A DNA stretch of 64,000 nt from Sulfurovum sp. (GCA_026990595.1 JALXCZ010000011.1:25312-89311), one strand, 5' to 3'; shown: positions 18,276-28,572, counted from the stretch's first letter. Numbers and translations are program-made. The notes: generated by a model not told the origin, from the letters alone.

Positions 18276-18911
18276 TTACTTCACAATACTTTTTATCACT
18301 TCAGAACAAATAGTCAATCCAAAAGCACCTGTTACTCCCACAAAAGAACCTTTCTCTTTACATTTGTCCTCTTCGGGTGAGAATACCACTGTGAAATTCC
18401 TGTCAAATTTTGCTTTTTTAAGCTCATTGCGTATTTTACGTGCAAGTGCATCACCGTGGGTTTTCCAGATCGAGGCTACTTCTATTTTGTTCGTCTCAAA
18501 ACGTTTGGCTGAACCTACGGACATAATGAGTTTTTTATAGCATTTCTTTGCAACTTCTATTTTGACTTTGGTGGTGTCGGCTGCATCGATAATGATGTCG
18601 TAAGGCTCAAAATCAAAGTTTTCTACCCATGCCATACTCATCTTTTGATGAATGGTTTGTATACCGGGGTAGAGTTTAGACAAGCTTTCTATTTTACATT
18701 CTCCCACTGCATCAGAACCTATCTGTCTATTGCGGTTGGTTTCATCAAAAGTATCATAATCCAGTATGGTGATGTGGTGTACACCGGAGCGATAGAGGCA
18801 GTCCAGAGCATAAGAGCCGACTCCGCCGACTCCGAGTATAAGTATTTTGGCTTTTTGTATTTTCTCAAAGTTCTCTTCTCCAAAGAGTATTCTACAGCGT
18901 TCAAATCTCAT
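18276..18911 (-). CDS. tcdA: tRNA threonylcarbamoyladenosine dehydratase (ThiF/E1-like)
   Basis: GVGGVGS, DTFDETNRNRQ, THGDALARKIR and GSFVGVTGAFG motifs. Confidence 0.82.
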   Translation of the reverse strand: MRFERCRILFGEENFEKIQKAKILILGVGGVGSYALDCLYRSGVHHITILDYDTFDETNRNRQIGSDAVGECKIESLSKLYPGIQTIHQKMSMAWVENFDFEPYDIIIDAADTTKVKIEVAKKCYKKLIMSVGSAKRFETNKIEVASIWKTHGDALARKIRNELKKAKFDRNFTVVFSPEEDKCKEKGSFVGVTGAFGLTICSEVIKSIVK

Positions 18912-18916
18912 CTATG

Positions 18917-19702
18917 CTACAGCCACGTGTCAAGATCTTTAATGTCATTATAAGAGGTCATATCCAACTGTACCGGGGTGACCGAGATATAACCGTCATT
19001 CACTGCTTCAAAGTCGGTAATATGCCCTTTTGTCTCCATCCAACCGAGTTCGGGAAGTCCTATCCAGTAGTATTCTTTGCCTCTGGGATTATAGTGTACC
19101 TCTGCATTGTGTGCATAAAGACGATTCCCTGCACGGGTAACTTTAAAGCCTTTACAGGACTCTGTCGGGATAGGAGGGATGTTGACATTAAGAAATTTGC
19201 GAGGGGGGAGTGGGAAATCTTCTTTAAAGATCTTTTCTACCAGAGTGACAATGCTTTTCTGTGCCAATGCATAACCGTACTCATCGATACTCTTGCCATG
19301 TTCTGCATAGACCTGGGAGATAGCAATGGCAGGGATGCCTTGCAGTACGGCTTCCATCGCAGCTGAGGCAGTACCTGAATAGGTAATGTCCTCTCCCATA
19401 TTTGAGCCTATATTGATACCGGAAATAACAATATCCGGTTTATTCTCTTTAAAGAGTTTATTCAGAGCTAAAAAAATACAGTCCGAAGGTGTTCCATCAT
19501 CTAGTTTGTAAAAATCTTTTTCCAGTGCAATAAAATTCAGAGGTCTGGTAAGTGTCAATGAATGGCCGCAAGCCGATTTTTCTGTGCTAGGAGCGACAAC
19601 TGTAACATGCCCTAAGGGTTGAAGTGCCTCAATCAGTGCTGTTAAGCCTTTTGATTCATAACTGTCATCATTAGTAATAAGTATTTTTTTACGATTAGGC
19701 AT
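18917..19702 (-). CDS. surE: 5'/3'-nucleotidase SurE
   Basis: ILITNDD, GTPSDC and SGINIGSNMGED...YSGTASAAME motifs. Confidence 0.95.
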   Translation of the reverse strand: MPNRKKILITNDDSYESKGLTALIEALQPLGHVTVVAPSTEKSACGHSLTLTRPLNFIALEKDFYKLDDGTPSDCIFLALNKLFKENKPDIVISGINIGSNMGEDITYSGTASAAMEAVLQGIPAIAISQVYAEHGKSIDEYGYALAQKSIVTLVEKIFKEDFPLPPRKFLNVNIPPIPTESCKGFKVTRAGNRLYAHNAEVHYNPRGKEYYWIGLPELGWMETKGHITDFEAVNDGYISVTPVQLDMTSYNDIKDLDTWL

Positions 19703-19818
19703 ATCGTGACTCCCTGCATTGAAATGTATTTTTTAGCATTAAAATTCTTTGATAAATATAATTTTGAAGTTAAGACTTCAGTCCCACTTATTATGGATAA
19801 GTGTTATTATAACCTTTT

Positions 19819-19827
19819 TGCTATAAT
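19819..19827 (+). promoter_or_regulatory. Extended -10 promoter box of greA
   Basis: TGCTATAAT 32 nt upstream of greA. Confidence 0.6.
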
Positions 19828-19859
19828 ACCTACAATAATAAACCATATAAGGATAAATC

Positions 19860-20348
19860 GTGCAAAAAGAGCCGATGTTAAGAGTCACCTACGTGAAGTT
19901 AAGTGAAGAGTTGGAACAACTTAAAAGTGAAGAACGTGGGAAGATCGCCAAGATCATAGATGAAGCAAGAGAACTGGGTGACCTTAAAGAGAATGCAGAG
20001 TATCATGCAGCTAAGGACAGACAAGGACTGATGGAAGCACGTATTGCAGAGCTTACTGATGTGGTAGGACGTGCACAGGTGATCGAGCCTTCAACTTTGG
20101 CACATGAGAGAGTAAGTTTTGGCTCTACTGTAGAGTTGGTAGATCAGGAAACGGATGAAGAGATAGTCTATACCATCGTAGGAGGACAGGAATCTGATCC
20201 TTCCAAAGGGCTTATCTCTATCCAGTCCCCTATGGCAAGGGTACTTATGGGAAAAGAGGAGGGAGATGAAGTAGAACTTCAGCTTCCCACAGGGAAAAAA
20301 ACATATGATATTGAAGAAGTATCATATGTAGAGATAAAATTAGGATAG
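19860..20348 (+). CDS. greA: Transcription elongation factor GreA
   Basis: ARELGDLKENAEYHAAK and ISIQSPMARVLMGK motifs. Confidence 0.95.
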   Translation: MQKEPMLRVTYVKLSEELEQLKSEERGKIAKIIDEARELGDLKENAEYHAAKDRQGLMEARIAELTDVVGRAQVIEPSTLAHERVSFGSTVELVDQETDEEIVYTIVGGQESDPSKGLISIQSPMARVLMGKEEGDEVELQLPTGKKTYDIEEVSYVEIKLG

Positions 20349-20411
20349 GCTTCGGCAAGCTTAGCCACCGTAGAATATATAAATGATGTTCCCTGAGCTT
20401 TTCGAAGGGAA
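20348..20411. repeat. Inverted doublet of CTGAGCTTGTCGAAG-type REP-like palindromes (family D)
   Basis: 20348-20366 reverse complement GGCTAAGCTTGCCGAAGCC and 20389-20411 TTCCCTGAGCTTTTCGAAGGGAA share a core but have different self-complementary stems. Confidence 0.55.
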
Positions 20412-20426
20412 ATAGATGGAGATAAT

Positions 20427-21434
20427 ATGATAAAAGTAGGAATTGTAGGTGCAAGTGGGTACACTGGCTTGGAACTGGTAAAAATGCTAGTGAACCATCA
20501 TGGTTTCCAGCTTACCTATTTGGCGACTACACAAGGTGGCATGACTGTTGAAGAGTTGCATCCTTCGTTAGCAGATGTACTCTCTTTACCTGTGGAGAAA
20601 GCAGATGTAAATACAGTGGTAGCACGTTGTGAGCTTGTCTTTTTGGCATTGCCACATAAGGCTTCTATGGGGTTTGCGAAACAACTTTTGGAAAAAGGTG
20701 TAAAAGTGGTTGACCTTTCGGCAGACTATCGTCTAGACTTGGAAGCCTATGAAGCAAACTATTGTCCACATGAGGACAAAGAGCATTTAGATACTTCTGT
20801 CTATGCGCTTATAGAGTACTACCGTGAAGCACTCAAAAAGACAAACCTGGCAGCAGGACCGGGGTGTTACCCAACGGCGACACTCTTAGGTATCTTGCCA
20901 TTCATTCCATACTTAGATGAAAACAGTCCACTTTTTGTAGATGCCAAGTCAGGTGTCAGTGGAGCAGGGAAGAAGCTTACCGATATAAATACCTTTGTCA
21001 ATGTCAATGAAAACATTTTTGCCTATAATCCGCTTAAGCACCGTCATGCACCAGAGATTGCAGAGAAGATAGAGAAGGTACATGGTGTGAAAATGAACGT
21101 AAATTTTGTACCGCATCTTATTCCTGCAACACGTGGTGAGTTGGTGTCAGTGTACGGTGTACTAAAAGAGGACATCGATCCATTGGCGATACTCAAAGAA
21201 CACTATAAAAATGACCCGTTCATACGTATAAGGGAAACACCCGTAGACATTAAAAGTACAGCAGGGACACATTTTTGTGACATCTTTGCGGCTAAAAATG
21301 GCAATGCATTGTTTGTCAGTTCGGCGATTGATAACCTATTACGTGGGGCATCATCGCAGGCATTGGCAGCAGCCAATCTGATGTGCGGATATGATGAGGG
21401 GATGGGACTGCCAACCATTCCATATATGCCATAA
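20427..21434 (+). CDS. argC: N-acetyl-gamma-glutamyl-phosphate reductase
   Basis: GASGYTG, GPGCYPT, SGVSGAG and IDNLLRGASSQA motifs. Confidence 0.96.
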   Translation: MIKVGIVGASGYTGLELVKMLVNHHGFQLTYLATTQGGMTVEELHPSLADVLSLPVEKADVNTVVARCELVFLALPHKASMGFAKQLLEKGVKVVDLSADYRLDLEAYEANYCPHEDKEHLDTSVYALIEYYREALKKTNLAAGPGCYPTATLLGILPFIPYLDENSPLFVDAKSGVSGAGKKLTDINTFVNVNENIFAYNPLKHRHAPEIAEKIEKVHGVKMNVNFVPHLIPATRGELVSVYGVLKEDIDPLAILKEHYKNDPFIRIRETPVDIKSTAGTHFCDIFAAKNGNALFVSSAIDNLLRGASSQALAAANLMCGYDEGMGLPTIPYMP

Positions 21435-21438
21435 ATAT

Positions 21439-21508
21439 GTAGGGTGTTGTACCCTTACAACACCAAATCAATAATTATAAAAGGTGTTGTGAGGGCACAA
21501 CACCCTAC
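21439..21508. repeat. REPIN-like inverted pair of 26-bp GTAG REPs (family A), copy 1
   Basis: GTAGGGTGTTGTACCCTTACAACACC (21439-21464) and inverted GTAGGGTGTTGTGCCCTCACAACACC (21483-21508). Confidence 0.85.
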
Positions 21509-21519
21509 GAAGGACATAA

Positions 21520-22206
21520 TTGATCTACGAAATCAAAGAAAATGCCATTTTCATAGCTGACTCCCACTACCCGCATCATGGCGATGCTTTCCTGAAAATA
21601 TTACAAAGGTTAGAGGGTGGAGAGATTCAAACCCCGCAACTCTTTTTAATGGGTGATAACTTTGATCTGCTCTTTGGACATAATGACTACATTCAAACCT
21701 TTTCAGCGGAAGCCATAGCCATTTTACAGAGACTTTCTCAAAAGATAGAAGTACATTATTTTGAAGGAAACCATGACTTCTGTCTTAAAGACATATTTAC
21801 AAATATGAATGTCTATGACAGGGATGTTCAGCCTATGATGTTCAAACTGGATGACAGAAAAGTTGCCATCTCTCATGGTGACAAATATGTGACAGGCTTG
21901 GGGTATGATCTTTATTGCAGGATACTGCGAAACAAAACCATGCTGACACTACTTAAACCTTTTGAAAAAGCCATCATTGATGACCGTATAAAAAAACTCT
22001 CTAAAAAAGAGATCTGTCATAACTTTAAGAACTTTGAAAAGAGGGTAGAGGAGATACTCAAACATTATGAAGATGCAGACCTTGTCATAGAAGGGCATTT
22101 CCATCAGTCCAGGATTATAGGCAAATATATCTCTTTACCCTCTTTGGCATGTCAGGGTATGGTTGCGGTCATACAAGAGGGTAAAATGGTGTTTAAAACA
22201 CTTTAA
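21520..22206 (+). CDS. lpxH: UDP-2,3-diacylglucosamine diphosphatase (LpxH-like metallophosphoesterase)
   Basis: IADSH, LMGDNFD, EGNHD, SHGD and EGHFH motifs. Confidence 0.82.
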   Translation: MIYEIKENAIFIADSHYPHHGDAFLKILQRLEGGEIQTPQLFLMGDNFDLLFGHNDYIQTFSAEAIAILQRLSQKIEVHYFEGNHDFCLKDIFTNMNVYDRDVQPMMFKLDDRKVAISHGDKYVTGLGYDLYCRILRNKTMLTLLKPFEKAIIDDRIKKLSKKEICHNFKNFEKRVEEILKHYEDADLVIEGHFHQSRIIGKYISLPSLACQGMVAVIQEGKMVFKTL

Positions 22207-22628
22207 TGACCTATATCACACTCTTTTTGGTTGCTTTTGGAGCAGCCACATTTCTACCGCTTGGCAGTGAAGCACTGTATTTGTATGATCTTGAAGCAGG
22301 CTACAGCTTTTTTTTCTTATGGCTTTTTGCATCTATGGGCAATACTTTAGGCTCAGTACTTAATTACTGGCTGGGACTTAAAGGTGAGGTATATCTCAAG
22401 AGAAAAGGGTATCTTTCCGGCAGAAAAATGCGAAAAGCAAAAGAAGTTTTCGACAGATTCGGAGGGGTGACGTTGCTTTTATCATGGGTGCCGGTGATCG
22501 GTGATCCTTTGACCTTTATCGCAGGTGTACTGCGTTACAGATTTATGTGGTTCATTATGATCGTCTTTGCAGCCAAAGCAACACGCTATGCAGTGATTGG
22601 GTTTCTCTTACAGAGCATGTCTGGATAA
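22206..22628 (+). CDS. YqaA/DedA (VTT) family membrane protein
   Basis: ATFLPLGSE, GNTLGSVLNYWLG and LSWVPVIGDPLT motifs. Confidence 0.88.
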   Translation: MTYITLFLVAFGAATFLPLGSEALYLYDLEAGYSFFFLWLFASMGNTLGSVLNYWLGLKGEVYLKRKGYLSGRKMRKAKEVFDRFGGVTLLLSWVPVIGDPLTFIAGVLRYRFMWFIMIVFAAKATRYAVIGFLLQSMSG

Positions 22629-22726
22629 AAGACTCAAAAGAGTATTTTAGAACGGACTTAAGCGTGGATAAATAAGAAATTTTATTTTTAAGTTATAATA
22701 ACGCATTTGTAGAAAAAGGAGTTTTA

Positions 22727-23389
22727 ATGCATATTTCAGAGTATGATTTTGACGTAATGAAAGTAATAAAAGAAGGATTTCGCCGTATAGAAGGGGTAAA
22801 ACAGCCTTTTGTATTGGCATTTCTTATTTACGTTGCAGCGGCTATTGTGACACAGACAGTATTGAATTTATTTTTTCCTTCTTCTGCAGAAAACCCCAAT
22901 CTGGTCAATTCACAGATTGTAAGTATATTAAGTTACCCGGTACTTATACCTTTGATGACCGGTATCATGATGATGGCAGTTAAATATGCAAGAAATGAGC
23001 CTGTGGAACCCAGATCTATTTTTGACTATTACGCCATAACAGGAAAACTCGCATTGGCAGGACTTTTGGTTTATATTATGACCGTGATCGGATTTTTGTT
23101 GCTGATTCTCCCCGGTATTTACCTTAGTGTCGCATATGTATTTACACTCCCGCTTATGGCAGATAAAGGTTTGGGTATTTGGGATGCTATGGAGCTTTCA
23201 CGTAAGACGGCAACAAAACAGTGGTTTAAGATAGCTGCTGTCATAGGGATATTGAGTATTGCTTTCGTATTAGGTTTTTTTGCATTTGGCATAGGGCTTA
23301 TCTGGGCTATCCCACTCTTTTTTGTCACACTGTATGGAATACTTTATCCTATGATATTTAATGAAGTGGAGGAGCAGAGAGGAATATGA
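22727..23389 (+). CDS. Hypothetical membrane protein (DUF975-like)
   Basis: GFLLLILPGIYLSVAY and AMELSRK patterns; several TM helices. Confidence 0.65.
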   Translation: MHISEYDFDVMKVIKEGFRRIEGVKQPFVLAFLIYVAAAIVTQTVLNLFFPSSAENPNLVNSQIVSILSYPVLIPLMTGIMMMAVKYARNEPVEPRSIFDYYAITGKLALAGLLVYIMTVIGFLLLILPGIYLSVAYVFTLPLMADKGLGIWDAMELSRKTATKQWFKIAAVIGILSIAFVLGFFAFGIGLIWAIPLFFVTLYGILYPMIFNEVEEQRGI

Positions 23390-23419
23390 CGCCATCCTGC
23401 GTGCTTATTGCATTTTACA

Positions 23420-23746
23420 TTAATGAAAGGGGTGACAATCCCCAATAGTGTTACAGGTGCTGAAAGTATCACAACCTGCAGTACAATCTGAACATGTATC
23501 AAGATTATCTTTCTTTTTGTTTTTTTGTTTTTTCTGTATCTCTTCCGCAGCGAAACTACATCTGTCAAACTGTTCTTTGATGAGTGGAAACGCAGAGAAG
23601 AGTCCATGCTCTGCTATGGCTATTTTGGCATACTGAGAACAGGAGTCCTCCCCTGTGTAAACTCTGTAGGCACAGCAGTAGCCTTTGTATGGGGAGAGGT
23701 AGCGCTGGTAGAGTGTGATGGTATGGATGGAGAGTTTGGTTAGCAT
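23420..23746 (-). CDS. YidD-like (membrane protein insertion efficiency factor family) Cys-rich protein
   Basis: ITLYQRYLSPYKGYCCAY...SCSQYA...HG matches the YidD pattern; Cys-rich acidic tail. Confidence 0.65.
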   Translation of the reverse strand: MLTKLSIHTITLYQRYLSPYKGYCCAYRVYTGEDSCSQYAKIAIAEHGLFSAFPLIKEQFDRCSFAAEEIQKKQKNKKKDNLDTCSDCTAGCDTFSTCNTIGDCHPFH

Positions 23747-23747
23747 T

Positions 23748-24668
23748 CTAACCTATCAGCTCCGCACACAGATCAAATCTATTATGTGTCATCAAATGCA
23801 CCTTCCCGTGCGCTTCCATCACATCATCAAAAATACGCTTGGAAAGTCTGAAGCCTACTTCACGTTCTTTTTGTGCACCATCCATAGCTGCCAAGTTCAT
23901 CTCGTCGATGATCTCTTTGGGTACATTGATGCCTGGGACTTTGTCGTCTATGAAGTTGGCAGTTCTGGCAGCCACTATGGGGAACTGTCCCAAGACGATC
24001 TGTGCCTCTTTGGCTGTCTCTCTGATGCTCATGGTTTTTGCTTCTTCAAAGATTTCCAAGACTGCTTTGGCATTCTCCAGAGTGTACACAGGCTGGGTGA
24101 TAATGGCTCTGGCACCGTAGTCAAGCTTTTTGATCATACGTTTTTGAAGCTGTTTCATATCTTTGGCATACGAGTTACTCACGGCAAAAGGGTAAATGGG
24201 TCTTGGTGCAGGGTTGAGGGGTTTGTTGCTGTAGTCCACACCGTTGTTCAAGTGGTAGATGATGCTTAAAAGCAGGGTAGAGTCACGCTCCAGTACCCCT
24301 TTGACCTCCGGTTGGTCTGAGTATTTCGCTGGGTCACCCGTAAGTGCCAGAATGCAACGCAGATCAAAGTCATTGGCACCGAGCAGGGTAGACTGCAAAG
24401 AGAGCTTGTTCTTGTCTCTCATACTCATTGTAGCAATCACTGGTTTGCCGAAGGTCTGCTGTACCTTAATAGCAGAGAGAACGCCGCTCATTTTGAGTTT
24501 TGCCAAAGGGTTGTCCGTACAGGAGAAACCGGAGACCTTCTTATGAAGTTTATATTTTTTAATATCTTTCAATATCTGATCAATTGAAGCCCCATGAGGC
24601 GGGTTGATCTCAACAGTGATGAACTTTTTTGTCTTGTTACATAAAAAATCACAGAACTCTTCAAACAT
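23748..24668 (-). CDS. metF: Methylenetetrahydrofolate reductase family protein
   Basis: TVEINPP, TDNPLA, RDKNKLSLQS, LALTGDP and AIITQPVY motifs. Start placed at ATG 24668. Confidence 0.78.
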   Translation of the reverse strand: MFEEFCDFLCNKTKKFITVEINPPHGASIDQILKDIKKYKLHKKVSGFSCTDNPLAKLKMSGVLSAIKVQQTFGKPVIATMSMRDKNKLSLQSTLLGANDFDLRCILALTGDPAKYSDQPEVKGVLERDSTLLLSIIYHLNNGVDYSNKPLNPAPRPIYPFAVSNSYAKDMKQLQKRMIKKLDYGARAIITQPVYTLENAKAVLEIFEEAKTMSIRETAKEAQIVLGQFPIVAARTANFIDDKVPGINVPKEIIDEMNLAAMDGAQKEREVGFRLSKRIFDDVMEAHGKVHLMTHNRFDLCAELIG

Positions 24669-24729
24669 AAATATACTCTTTATAGGTTTATTAGATATAA
24701 TTTTACCCAAATAAACCATAGAGGTATAT

Positions 24730-25356
24730 GTGATGAAAAAACTGGCAGTATTTGATTTTGACTCTACACTTATGGATGGTGAGACCATTGACTTTTTAGC
24801 CGCACCGCTGGGACTTGAAGAACAGGTGGCTTCCATTACCGAACGTGCCATGGCAGGAGAGCTTGATTTTTTCAAATCTCTTGTAAGCAGAGTGGCACTC
24901 CTTGAAGGACTGCAAAAGGCTAAAGTGGATGCCATCTGTGCCGATCTGCCTATGATGCCGGGAGCAGCCGAAGTGGTAGCAGGGCTTAAGGAAAAAGGTT
25001 ACACAGTCGTATGTTTCTCGGGAGGGTTCAGAAATGCAACCAAACCGGTGTGTGAAAAGCTGGGAGTGGATGCAGACTTTTCAAACTTCCTGCATGATGA
25101 GAACGGTATACTCACCGGGCGTGTCGGCGGAGAGATGATGTACAGTGAAGCCAAAGGCGATATGATCGTCCGCATGCAGAAACTTTTAGGCATAGGCAGG
25201 GAAGATACACTGGTTGTAGGTGACGGTGCCAATGACCTGAGTATGTTCGCACATGCGGACATGCGTGTGGCATTTTGTGCCAAAGAGGTACTCAAGGAAG
25301 CAGCAACACATTGTGTCGATGTGAAGGATCTCAGAGAGATATTGAAAATTGTATGA
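24730..25356 (+). CDS. serB: Phosphoserine phosphatase
   Basis: FDFDSTL, FSGGF and VGDGANDLSM HAD motifs. Confidence 0.93.
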   Translation: MMKKLAVFDFDSTLMDGETIDFLAAPLGLEEQVASITERAMAGELDFFKSLVSRVALLEGLQKAKVDAICADLPMMPGAAEVVAGLKEKGYTVVCFSGGFRNATKPVCEKLGVDADFSNFLHDENGILTGRVGGEMMYSEAKGDMIVRMQKLLGIGREDTLVVGDGANDLSMFAHADMRVAFCAKEVLKEAATHCVDVKDLREILKIV

Positions 25357-25371
25357 TTTTAAAGAGAATGA

Positions 25372-27135
25372 ATGAAAAACCAATGTAGCATAAAAGGTAT
25401 TGTACAGCAACTCTTACAACATAAAAAAGAGTTGATCTTCGGTAATATGATTGCCATTCTTGCAACACTTCTTGTCGTGACTATTCCACTTTTTATTCCT
25501 ATTATGGTGGATGAACTTCTTTTAGGGAAAGACCATCATTTTATTTCATTCATTTCCAAATATATCTGGCAGACCGATACCAAAGGGTATGTACTGGGTA
25601 TCTTGGTTGTTATTCTGCTCTTACGCTTGATAAGTACGTTACTATCGGTAGTACAGACAAAAATATTTGTTTCAATATCAAAAAATATTACTTTTAAAAT
25701 GAGAGAGTCTCTGCTACGGCATCTTAAACATGTTTCACTTAAAGAGTATGAAATGATGCGGGTAGGGGCAGTCACTTCCAAACTGGTGACCGATGTGGAG
25801 ACTATAGACGGTTTTGTCAGTTCTACCATCTCCAAACTGATCGTTGCAGTACTTATACTCATTTTTTCTGCTGTGGTACTGCTATGGATACACTGGCAGT
25901 TGGCACTGTTCATCCTGTTTACCAATCCGATCGTGGTACTCTTTACCGTGAGACTCTCCCGAAACATTGGAAAACTCAAAAAAGAGGAGAACAAAGCCAT
26001 AGAGATGTTCCAGTCTTCACTGACGGAAACACTTGAACTCTTTCATCAGATACGTGCTGCCAATAAGGAGGAATACTTTTTTAAGCAGAGTGAGCACAAA
26101 GCAAAAGAACTCAAAGAACACTCGGTGAACTACGGCTACAGAAGTGATGCTGCCATAAAGTTCTCTTATCTTGTTTTTCTCTCAGGGTATGAGATATTCA
26201 GGGCAGTCAGTATTTTGGCTGTGGCATACAGTGACCTGAGTGTGGGACTGATGCTTGCCATCTTCTCCTACCTTTGGGTCATGGTCTCTCCTACGCAGGA
26301 TATCATTAACTTTCAGTATGTGCTTGCTACAGCAAAAGCAGCGTGTAAGCGTATCAACTCTGTTTTTGAAATGGAACAGGAGCCTCAAATAGAGCAGAGA
26401 AAAAATCCGTTTGAAGGCAGTGAAGCCATAGAAATAAAAGTGGTTAACCTCTCCTTTTCCTACCTTAAAGATAAACCAATATTAGAAAATATTAACATGA
26501 AAATAGAGAAGGCATGCAAGGTAGCAATAGTAGGTGCAAGTGGGAGTGGAAAGACAACATTGGCAAATATTCTTGTCGGGTTCTACCCGTTGAATGAGGG
26601 AGAGATATTTTACGGTGATGTCTCCAACAGGAATCTGAAACTTTCAACAATACGTGAAAATATTCACCTTATCTTGCAACATCCTAAACTCTTTAATGAT
26701 ACAATGCGTTTTAATCTGACACTGGGTAACATGTACAGTGATAAACAGATCAAAGAAGCACTGCATATAGCACAGCTTGATGATGTCATAGCGCACTTGG
26801 ATAAAGGACTTGATACCCTTGTCGGAAAAGACGGGATCAAGCTCAGCGGCGGACAGAGACAGAGAGTTGCCATAGCCAGAATGGTACTGAGCAACCCTAA
26901 AGTGGTCATCTTTGATGAATCGACTTCAGCTTTGGATGTGCATACGGAAGCAAAACTCTTTGAAGCGTTACACAGCTTTTTGGAGAATAAAACGGTCATT
27001 ACCATTGCACACAGGCTCAGTACTATTCAAAGTGCTGAGTTTATTTATGTGTTGGAAGACGGGAAAGTAGTGGACAGCGGTTCTCCCAAAGAGCTGCTTT
27101 CAAAAGATGAGAGTTATTTCAGCTCGATGATATAA
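25372..27135 (+). CDS. ABC exporter, fused permease/ATPase (MsbA-like type IV)
   Basis: N-terminal TM domain; GASGSGKT, LSGGQRQR and DESTSALD motifs. Confidence 0.92.
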   Translation: MKNQCSIKGIVQQLLQHKKELIFGNMIAILATLLVVTIPLFIPIMVDELLLGKDHHFISFISKYIWQTDTKGYVLGILVVILLLRLISTLLSVVQTKIFVSISKNITFKMRESLLRHLKHVSLKEYEMMRVGAVTSKLVTDVETIDGFVSSTISKLIVAVLILIFSAVVLLWIHWQLALFILFTNPIVVLFTVRLSRNIGKLKKEENKAIEMFQSSLTETLELFHQIRAANKEEYFFKQSEHKAKELKEHSVNYGYRSDAAIKFSYLVFLSGYEIFRAVSILAVAYSDLSVGLMLAIFSYLWVMVSPTQDIINFQYVLATAKAACKRINSVFEMEQEPQIEQRKNPFEGSEAIEIKVVNLSFSYLKDKPILENINMKIEKACKVAIVGASGSGKTTLANILVGFYPLNEGEIFYGDVSNRNLKLSTIRENIHLILQHPKLFNDTMRFNLTLGNMYSDKQIKEALHIAQLDDVIAHLDKGLDTLVGKDGIKLSGGQRQRVAIARMVLSNPKVVIFDESTSALDVHTEAKLFEALHSFLENKTVITIAHRLSTIQSAEFIYVLEDGKVVDSGSPKELLSKDESYFSSMI

Positions 27136-27149
27136 AGTAAGGTAGAATA

Positions 27150-27806
27150 ATGTTAAATTATATAAAAAACATCTTTGATCTTAAAAAAATACTTAAAGTA
27201 TTTTTATATGCCACACTTCCTGGACTGATCTTTTATGTAGTCTCGTTTATGATCATGAAAAGAAACGGATACTACACAATGGAGATTATTAGAGATTTTG
27301 CACAAATTGTAGATGAATCCAGTTTTCTAGGATTTCTTTCTAGTATAGGTACATGGTTGTGGGTGTCTGCAGCGGCTATAGCCTTCTTTGGCTTTATGAT
27401 GGTGAAGTCCCCTCCAGGTTATAAACATAGAGAGTTACTTTTTTTATTGGGACTTTTCTCTTTTCTTCTGGCTTTTGATGATTTTTTTATGATACATGAC
27501 CGATATATTGATCAGAATATCTGTTATGGTATCTATGCATTTTTAGCGATAGCGTTATTGGTACGGCATTATAAAACAATTATTACTGTAAATGGTTTTG
27601 CATTTTTGTTTGCAGGTACATTATTGGCATTGTCTATTTTTACAGATTTAATTCAAGATTATCTTCCGTTTAAGTATTCCAATACTCAAATAGTTGAAGA
27701 AGGTTTTAAATTTACCGGTGGAGCAACATGGCTATTCTTTGTCTCTCTTGTAGCTTCTTATACGTTTACAGATAAAACAACACAAAAAAAGAAAAAGAAG
27801 AAATAA
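27150..27806 (+). CDS. Hypothetical polytopic membrane protein
   Basis: About 6-7 TM helices; [11 protein letters not shown] and VEEGFKF motifs. Confidence 0.7.
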   Translation: MLNYIKNIFDLKKILKVFLYATLPGLIFYVVSFMIMKRNGYYTMEIIRDFAQIVDESSFLGFLSSIGTWLWVSAAAIAFFGFMMVKSPPGYKHRELLFLLGLFSFLLAFDDFFMIHDRYIDQNICYGIYAFLAIALLVRHYKTIITVNGFAFLFAGTLLALSIFTDLIQDYLPFKYSNTQIVEEGFKFTGGATWLFFVSLVASYTFTDKTTQKKKKKK

Positions 27807-27807
27807 T

Positions 27808-28572
27808 TTGGATATTTTTCAAGCAATTATCATGGGGATTATCGAAGGGTTTACAGAGTTTCTGCCCATCTCGTCTACAGGGCATATGATCGTGGCTTCT
27901 GAGTTTTTAGGATTACCGCAGGATGCAGCCAACAAAGCCTATGAAGTGATCATCCAGTTTGCTGCAATCTTGGCAGTGATACTCATTTATAAAGAGAAGA
28001 TCACTTTTAAAAAGATAGACCTTTGGATGAAGCTTCTGGCAGCATTCATGCCGTTAGCGATCGTCGGCTTTATTTTTAAAGATCAGATCAAGGCACTCTT
28101 CAGTGTAGAGATCGTAGCGTGGATGTTCATTATCGGCGGGATCGTTTTTTTGGTGGTTGAACATTTTTACAAGGAGCAGCCTCACCATATAAAAGAGGTA
28201 GAAAAAGTCAGCTATAAGCAGGCAATGCTGATAGGCTTTGCACAGCTTTTCTCTTTCATTCCCGGAACCAGCCGTTCCGGAGCTACCATCATCGGTGGTC
28301 TTTTGGCAGGACTGGACAGAAAAACATCTTCCGACTTCTCTTTTTTACTGGCGATCCCTGTGATGGGAGCAGTAAGCGGGTATGACCTGTTAAAGCATTA
28401 CCATGAATTTGCAGGTGTGAACTGGAATGCTTATGTGGTAGGGTTTGTGGTTGCGTTTGTGGTTGCTTATATCACAGTCAAACTTTTTCTTGTATTTATT
28501 CAGAAATTCTCTTTTGTACCTTTTGGTATCTATAGGATCATTTTTGGGATATTGTTGTTGATGGTGATGTAG
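27808..28572 (+). CDS. uppP: Undecaprenyl-diphosphate phosphatase
   Basis: [14 protein letters not shown] and [10 protein letters not shown] motifs. Confidence 0.96.
   Translation: MDIFQAIIMGIIEGFTEFLPISSTGHMIVASEFLGLPQDAANKAYEVIIQFAAILAVILIYKEKITFKKIDLWMKLLAAFMPLAIVGFIFKDQIKALFSVEIVAWMFIIGGIVFLVVEHFYKEQPHHIKEVEKVSYKQAMLIGFAQLFSFIPGTSRSGATIIGGLLAGLDRKTSSDFSFLLAIPVMGAVSGYDLLKHYHEFAGVNWNAYVVGFVVAFVVAYITVKLFLVFIQKFSFVPFGIYRIIFGILLLMVM

Noticed and set aside
19201-19210. G run (GAGGGGGGAG) as a phase-variation tract
   Set aside because: Only six G, inside intact surE. No G/C run of 8 or more was noticed in the window.
21439-21508. Possible CRISPR mini-array (26-bp repeats with a spacer)
   Set aside because: Repeats are inverted rather than direct, there are only two per locus, and no cas genes are present; better explained as REP doublets.
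24669-24935. N-terminal 89-aa extension of the metF ORF in the track
   Set aside because: Overlaps serB on the other strand and is Ser-rich shadow sequence; ATG 24668 is the plausible start.
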